From Eledone cirrhosa (Eukaryota), in contig OZ024740.1 in assembly GCA_964016885.1 (NCBI GenBank), positions 236,034,001 to 236,098,000 of the forward strand: 64,000 nt of DNA. Direction: 5' to 3'. Shown in pieces: positions 55,656 to 64,000 of this stretch. Numbering within the stretch: the first letter of the stretch is position 1; each line of letters starts with the position of its first letter. The notes beneath the pieces are model-generated. The model was not told the origin of the DNA and did no database searches. It saw only the letters and a list, made by a program, of their open reading frames with translations. The position numbers and the translations under genes are program-made.

Positions 55656-56011
55656 GTGCGGGGACATAGAAATAATTGGGCTGAATACTCGATCGCGCGG
55701 CTAAACCACTGGGAGTGAAGGACTCCTAGACTTTGTCAGGGCACTCTTCTAGGAGAAGGCAACTCAGGAAACTGAGATAACTCCAACATAACACCTGTGG
55801 CTCAGTAGTTACTGATGATGTTGATTTTTTTCTTCTTTTCGGGTTATAGCTACTATTGCTCAGAAAGTGGGATTGGCTTAGTGCACAGTCTTTTCTCACT
55901 TTAAAAAAAATCTTAAAGCACAGGCATTGCACGACAGCATTAATTGTTATTATTAGTAATGTTATATTGTGCAATGGCCATACTCAATGATGAGGTGGAA
56001 GCCATCATCAT
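55375..56011 (+). mobile_element. Non-coding retroposon with RTE-type tail (copy 2)
   Basis: Reverse-complement homolog of 26933-27556; preceded by (GTAT)n. Confidence 0.75.
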
Positions 56012-56037
56012 ATATGTGTATATATATATATATGTAT

Positions 56038-56540
56038 GCATCTTAAAGCTCTGAAGATTGATATGGAGAGCTGGGAGAGACTGGCTGAAGGTCGTACATC
56101 ATTGAAAAAGATCATCAAATATGGATGTGATGTCTTTGGGAAAAAGCGAGTGCAGCATGCTATTTTGAAGCAGGACTCAAGTGCAGTGCCTGCAAAAACC
56201 CATCAGGAATTGAGGTGCAATGTATGTGGCTGATTTCTTATAACAAGAGTTAGCTTTGTTAACCATCTGAAATTACATGAGCCAAGGAGAAATCGAGCCA
56301 CTTGTAAGATGGTTCTACCGCCACACTCTCCACACTACATTTGAAGTGAGTGTGGCTTAATTTACAAGTCAGCTAGTGGACTGACCACACATGGTAAAAT
56401 GCGTGAAGACACACTCCAGCTGGTATTGCCAGGAGACAGACAGTTCAAGTGTCATATCAGTTAACATACCTGCAAAACAAAAGCAGGTCTGAAAAGTCAC
56501 CTGCTTGCACATGATCATGCAATGTTCAATGAAGGGATGG
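56038..56540 (+). mobile_element. RTE (BovB-like) C-terminal fragment with zinc-finger remnants
   Basis: LKALKIDMESWERLAEGRTS.KKIIKYGCDVF.KKR..CNVCG. Confidence 0.7.
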
Positions 56541-57955
56541 CACTCTTCTGACAAGAAGTAGCAATCAGCATGCATGCATGTATGCATGTATGTATGTATG
56601 CATGTATGTGTGTATGTATGTATGTGCGTATGTGTGTATATATATATATTTTTTTTCTCCTCGTGCAATGGCCATACTCGATAACGAGGGGGCAGCCATC
56701 ATCATGTGTGCATGTATGTGTGTATGTATGTATGTGTGTATGTGTGTATGTATGTGTGTATGTATGTATGTATGAGAGTTGGAAGCAAAACCTGTAATCA
56801 AACGGCTTCAGATTGAACTTAGTAAAGCCCAAATAGCTAGTAAGTATAAGAGAATACAGAGCACACAGATTCCATCAGGAAAATGCCCATGTTCTGTAAG
56901 TAGAAAGGAACTGGTAGGAATTCCATACTGTGTACTAAATGTGAAGTATTGGTACATAAGAGATGTAGAAGGATCTGAAGCAGGCTAACAAAGAATGTAG
57001 GCTTTGAATGTAGCAGAGGCATAGGAGCAGTAAGTAGTAATAATTGTTTCTACTTTTGGCACAAAGCCAGCAAATTACCCAGTGTATTACTGGTACTTTA
57101 TTTTATCAACCCTGTAAGGATGAAAGGCAAAGTTAACCTCTGCAGGATTTAAACTCAGAATGGCAAGGGCCGTAACTCTATGCATCAAAGCATGGCGTCC
57201 GACCCTCTACCGATACTGCCAATCCACCAATATACATGAAACAGACTCTATTCAGATAGGTCCCTAGAAATAGTTGACATACTTAGATAACCTAATTAGC
57301 AGTGGAGGTGGATGTTTTAGAAGTACAGTAGCCAGAAGGAGGGCTGGCTGGAAAACGTTCAGGGAGCTACAAATTCTGCTGGCTACAAAGTGTCGAGGAT
57401 AGGACCTGTATCAACATTCTTGTACCCATTCCCTGTCGATTCTCACTAAATACAATGTTGCCCACTTTCACCTGCCCACACAATAGTCATGTCCCTTGCC
57501 CACCAACCACTGAGTTGCCAGTCAGCTTGTCTATTAAAAACTACCTCCACAACCTGACACCTGTTCTGATTCTTCACTCCCCCCAGGGATGGCCTTTTTA
57601 GGCCACCCCACAACGTCCAGCCCCTCATGTGACCTGACATCTGCTCTTTCTATATCTCTCACTCTCTCCTTATTTGCTGAGTTATGGGTTCTTTCAGTAA
57701 TCAAAATGTAGCTTCACTCATCCTACTGTGCCATTCAGCTGTGCTTATATCTCCTCTCGTCACATCATCGCTCCTCTCGTCACATCATCTATAAAGCCAA
57801 GGACAATGAATGCACTAATGTTACTGCCACACTGGAATGCACCCAACATGCTCTATAAGCAGTGACACTGGTGCTATGATAACATGCACTTAGCCCATTC
57901 TGTAAAATGGTAATGCTGATTCTACAATAAAATGCACCCAACCCACTCTATAAAG

Positions 57956-58334
57956 CAGGGGTGTGCAACATATTCCATTGGCAGGCCACTTTTGAACATT
58001 GGAACAACTATTAGGGCATTAATGTTTATTAAGCACTTATTTATTTATTAAATAAAGTACCAGCAATGCACTGGGATAATTGCTGGCCTTGTGCCAAAAG
58101 TAGAAACAAATATTTATTAAGCACTATTCCAAAGATTCACCACAACTTCTTTCCATAACATGGAGCTGGGAAATTATAACACATATAACCTTATCAGTGA
58201 AGCCCTTTAGTATAGGTCAACTAGCAGAAAATTATATTACGGTCACAAAAAAAATTCTAAATAAGCCTATAATTAAAAATGGTCATTGCGGGCCACTCTG
58301 ACTGGTTTGGCGGGCCGCCTGTTGCATGCCCCTG
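57956..58334. mobile_element. hAT (Charlie-like) MITE with nested SINE fragment
   Basis: CTATAAAG|CAGGGGTGTGCAAC...GTTGCATGCCCCTG|CTGTAAAG (8-bp TSD, 7 of 8 match); SINE tail at about 58050-58110. Confidence 0.85.
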
Positions 58335-58969
58335 CTGTAAAGTGATAATGTTGCTGCCACATTGGAATGTACACACTTAAAGTAGCTGGCATTAGGGAGG
58401 GCATTCAGCTGTAGAAATCATGACAAACTACTATGTATGAGTGACCTGTCTAATTTTCGAACATGGTGCTTGACTGGACACCTTTGGGGATCCAGCTAGA
58501 TCAGATGGAGATGGTTGCTTCTGACAAGACTTGCCGGAAGGAGTGTTTGAGGACACCCTGCAGGACACCCTGTTTTGGACACCCTGCAGGACAAAAAACA
58601 AAACCTGACTAAGGGCGGAAGAACTCATAAGAGTCAACGGCCATCCAAAAATGTGTAAATATGTATATACATGTATGCATGTGTATATATGTATATATAT
58701 ATATATGTATATGTGCGGGGACATAGAAATAATTGGGCTGAATACTCGATCGCACGGCTAAACCACTGGGAGTGAAGGACCCCTAGACTTTGTCAGGGCA
58801 CTCTTCTAGGAGAAGGCAACTCAGGAAACTGAGATAACTCCAACCCTCTCAGGAATAAGTGAGTGAACAAGGTAACCCATCCTAACCATCCCAGTAGAGA
58901 ACACTGAAACAGTAATGGTGAGGATGATAATGATATGTGTGTGTGTGTATGTGAGCATGCGCATATGTT

Positions 58970-59006
<37 letters not shown>

Positions 59007-59534
59007 ATGTGTGTGAGGGTGAGTATTTGTGTGCATGCACATGTGTTTGTGTGTGGTTGGGGGGAGTATGAATGGGTGTGCATGGGCATGTGTTTGTGTG
59101 TGTGTGGGGAGTGTGTGTGTGTGTGTGTGCATGCGCATGTGTTTGTATGTGTGTGTATAGGTGTGCGTGTGCGGGAGTGAGTGTGTGTGGGTGTGCATGC
59201 GCATGTGTGTGTCTGTGGGGGTGTAAATGTGTGCATGAGTGTGTGTGTGTGTGTGTGTGTGAATGCGCATGTGTGTGAGTGTCTGGGTGCATGTTTGTGT
59301 GAGTGTGTATGTGCATGTGCATGTATGTGTGTGTGTGTGTGGATGTGCATCATGTGTGAGTGTGTGTGTATGTATGTGCATGTGTGTCTGTGAGTGTGTA
59401 TGTGTGTGTGTGCATGTGCATGTGTTTATGTGTGAGGGTGTATGTGTGAGTGTGTGTGTGTGTGTGTGTTAGCTTTTCTTACTACAGGAGTATGAGAGAA
59501 CCATTTCAACTGAGTACTCAATACAAAAGAATAG

Positions 59535-60153
59535 ATAATTGTTTCTACTTTAGGCACAAGGCCAGCAATTACCCCAGTGCATTACTGGTACTTTCTTTTA
59601 TCGACCCCGTAAGGATGAAAGGCCAAGTTAACATTGGCGGGATTTGAACTCATAACGTAAAGGGCCGTAACTCTATGTTGCAAAGCATGGCGTCGTCTGA
59701 CGCTCTACCGATTCTGCCAATCCACCACCCTCATATAATAATAATTGTTTCTATTATAGGCACAAGGCCAGCAATTGGGGCGGGGGGGGGGGGGGTCGAT
59801 TAAATCGACCCCAGTGCATTACTGGTGCTTAATTTTATCGACCCCATAAGAATGAAAGGCAAAACTAACTTTGAACTCAGAACATAAAGGGCCATAACTC
59901 TATCCTGCAAAGCATGGTGTATTATGCTCTACCAATACTGCCAATCCACGGCCCTAAAGAATAGATAATTGTTTTTACTTTAGGCACAAGGCCAGCAATT
60001 ACCCAGTACATTACTGGTACTTTATTTTATCGACCCCCGTAAGGATGAAAGGCAAAGTTAACCTCGGCGGGATTTGAACTCAGAATGGCAAGGGCCGTAA
60101 CTCTATGCGTCAAAGCATGGCGTCTGACCCTCCACCGATACTTCCAATCCACC
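59535..60153 (-). mobile_element. Three tandem family-A SINE copies
   Basis: Three consecutive same-orientation copies starting at about 59537, 59743 and 59967. Confidence 0.9.
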
Positions 60154-60456
60154 GTATGTTTATTTGAGACAATTTATCCTCACCCAACGACATCTTGTTT
60201 CCCTCTGTGTTTATGTTTATGTTCCAAACATCAGTGTAGTTTTTAATTTCTGTACCTTTATGTTCCGTAACTTAGTGATTTAACACATAAAGATCAATAG
60301 CATTAGAAGAAGGCTGGAAAACAAACTACTTCAGTTGATGTGATTGGCTAAGTCCTTGAAGACACTGCCCCAGTAAGACTGCTGTCCAATGAGTGAATGC
60401 AGTAAAAGAATAAATATATATATATATGTATATATGTATATATATATATATATATG

Positions 60457-60553
<97 letters not shown>

Positions 60554-60560
60554 CTATCTA

Positions 60561-61566
60561 TCTAAGGCGGGTAAAATTCCCGAGATCCATGGACGAGTAC
60601 TCTCCAGCGGTCTCTGTCCCTCATTATCGCTGCCTTATCCTGCATCTCCAACAGACCAGTGTCTGTCCTTAGGGCATCAACATATGTTAACCTTGGTCTT
60701 CCTCTTCTAGTGTGTCCATGTAGGGGCTCCCAAAGGAGCACTGAGTGCAATGTCAACTCTGGATGTCGGTGAGCATGTCCAGCCAACCTCAGTCTCCTCT
60801 GTGTCACTTTTGAGCTGACTTTTGGGATGCTCCCATACAGCTCTGAGTTTTTCATCCTCAGTGTATACTGATTAATGTTCAGAGCCATCCTCAGCATTCT
60901 CATGTAGCACCCATCCACCATCTGAGTGAGTCTCTTGGTCAGTGTCCAAGTCTCAGACCCATACAGCAGCACAGACTCCACTACAGCAATGAAGAGGCGG
61001 ATTTTCAGGTCTCTACGAAGGTCCGACTTCCACACCGATCTCAAGCTGTGACACGCCGCCCAGGCCTTGCTCTTCCTCTCAACCACATCATCCTCTGCAT
61101 TTCCAATCTTTGCTCCCAAATACAGGAAGTCCTCAACCAATTCCAGAGCACTGGGCAGATCAGGCGGCTGTTTGAGGAACTGGATGTTGAGACAGAGCCC
61201 TTCACCAGAGAGGAGCTTCAGAGAGCCAAGAAGAAGATCAAGGAGGGCAAGGCTCATGGAGAAGATGGAGTGGCATCAGAGGTGATGAGGAGGTGTGATT
61301 TTGATGATATCATCTTGGGGTTCTGTAACGGGGCACTGGAGAAAGGAGTTGCCCCGAATCAGTGGAGGATCAGTAACATCGTCCCAGTGCCAAAGAAGGG
61401 AGATCTCTCTAACATCAACAACTACCGGGGGATCTCACTGACATCACTTGTGGCAAAGACCCTCAACAGGATGATTCTTAACAGGATCCAGCCTGAGATG
61501 GAGAAGAAGCTCAGGGACAACCAGAACGGCTTCAGAGAGGGTAGATCAACCACCAGTCACATCCTG
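60561..61566 (-). mobile_element. TA-associated RTE element with 5' inversion and internal deletion
   Basis: Minus 60561-~61152 encodes [24 protein letters not shown]. Plus ~61150-61566 encodes the early RT ([37 protein letters not shown]). Long (TA)n on both sides. Confidence 0.93.
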
Positions 61567-61575
61567 ATATATATG

Positions 61576-61611
<36 letters not shown>

Positions 61612-61619
61612 TGTATATG

Positions 61620-61851
<232 letters not shown>

Positions 61852-62425
61852 CACACAGTTACACAAATACACACACACACACACACATATATATACATAT
61901 ATATGGAGGCACATGGCTTAGTGGTTAGAGCATTGGCCTTGCAATTGAAAGGTTGTGAGTTCAATTCTCAGACTGGGTGATGCATTGTGTCCTTGAGCAA
62001 GACACTTTATTTCACATTGCTCCAGTTTACTCAGCTGTAGAAATGAGATGATAGGGACTGAGGTCCCTATCATTCCACTGCAAAGTGGTCGTGGAGGTGC
62101 CACGGCAAAAAAGCACCCAGCACTCACTGTAAATGAGGTTGGTGTTAGGAAGGGCATCCAGCTGTAGAAATCAAGCCAGATTCAGTTTCCGTCCCACCCT
62201 TGCAAGCAGGGAAAAAGCGGACGTAAAATGAAATGATGATGATGATGATGATGATAACCCATGCTAGCGTGGAAGATGGAGGTTAAACGATGATGATGAT
62301 GATGATATATATACCTATATTTACAGGGTGTCCCCAAAAATATATACACGCTTCAACAACATTCTAATGAATATTGCCTGTACAGGTAATCAAAGTGTGT
62401 ATACATTTTTGAGGGGGCACCCTGA

Positions 62426-62461
<36 letters not shown>

Positions 62462-62878
62462 GTGTGTGTGTGTATATATGTGTGTGTATGTTTATAGATG
62501 AAATAAAAGAGAGAGAGAGAGACAGAGAGAGAGAAGAAGAGTGAGGAAAAGAGAGTTAGTTACCAGCCACAGCATCACTAAGTAGGTGGCTATGAGACTA
62601 TTCTGAGATAAATCTATTGCCGGAAATTGGTATTTATTAGACTTGGATATAATAATCATTTCTCCAAGACTTCCTCTGTTTTATCACCTCCTCCTCTCCC
62701 CCTCCCCTATCACTCTCTATCCCCCTCTCTCTTCCTCTCTCTCTCTCTCCCTCCCTCTGACAGTTCTTCAGGCATCACAGATGTACAGATAATCAATATA
62801 TATTGAGATGGGCAGCTCTGTTACACTGCAAAGTTACTGCACTGCTACTGCTGTTATTACTGCTTCTTCACTTCCGTT

Positions 62879-63257
<379 letters not shown>

Positions 63258-64000
63258 AAAATGCTTTCAAGGAAAGGCTGGATATATGTATGTGTGCATG
63301 TGCCTGTGTGTGTGTGTGAGCGTGTGTGTGTGTATATGTGTGTGTATGTGTGTGTGCGTGTGTGTGTGTGAGTGTGTGTGTATATGTGTGTGTGTGTGTG
63401 TATATGTGTATGTGTGTGTGTGTGTGTGTGTGTAAAATTAATTTATATGTTCTATGGTGTGTTACTGCTATATATACTGCTATATAAAGTCAGTGAGGTA
63501 GCTGCTATGTAGTCACTGGGCACGTTAGAACTAGCAACCAAATCTTCTACAAATTACATACCACTATCCTGAAAAAGGAGTGATGGAATGCATTAACTAT
63601 GATGATCATTACACATACAAACAGAGAGGGGGAGGAAGAGAGAGGAGGAGGAGAGGGGAAGAGAGAGGGGGATGAGAGGGGAGGGAGGGGAGGAGAGAGT
63701 GAAAGGAAGAGAGAGAGAGGGAGATAATAAAGTTACATAAGCTACACATGGCACATTTTAATTCCAAACGAGATATTTATCATAAAAGTACTCAACAATG
63801 AGTCAATTAAATCATATTAGTAATAGTTATGACATTTACTAGTAAATGGGTTTGATGGATTGTTACAGACCAAGTCAATTTTAAAGAGAAGCTACTGACC
63901 ACTCTTGGGGCTGGGGGCATGAATCTTGCTAATACTTCATTATATAAACATTAATACTATTGCAAATCAACAATTTGGACACATATTAATATAAATACAT

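Overview
AT-rich, repeat-saturated eukaryotic DNA, either intergenic or within a very large intron. No intact host gene is recognisable, and most ORF-track entries are translated microsatellites. The SINE and LINE-tail repertoire and the extreme (TA)n/(CA)n/(GA)n load resemble an octopod cephalopod genome (inference from recalled repeat families, not a database result). Recognisable parts are fragments of non-LTR retrotransposons (two R4/Dong-like RT-RLE families, several RTE families, Vingi/Ingi-like, CRE-like), a decayed Penelope-like RT/linker fragment, an internally deleted Chapaev3-like transposon, piggyBac-, Tc1/pogo- and hAT-like MITEs, a Helitron 3' end, two tRNA-derived SINE families, 56-bp and 36-bp minisatellites and a 200-N gap. 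The main signal the ORF track misses is about a dozen type I hammerhead ribozyme motifs (intact or decayed) from roughly seven or eight sequence families. They have minimal or palindromic stem III and sit mostly in short non-coding inserts in or beside (TA)n tracts. Many inserts are head-to-head inverted pairs with both 3' ends facing the TA repeats. One insert (15178-16697) is a tandem, circularly permuted 544-549 bp unit with one ribozyme per unit, i.e. a candidate retrozyme/circular-RNA element. All coordinates were read by eye and folds were not computed.
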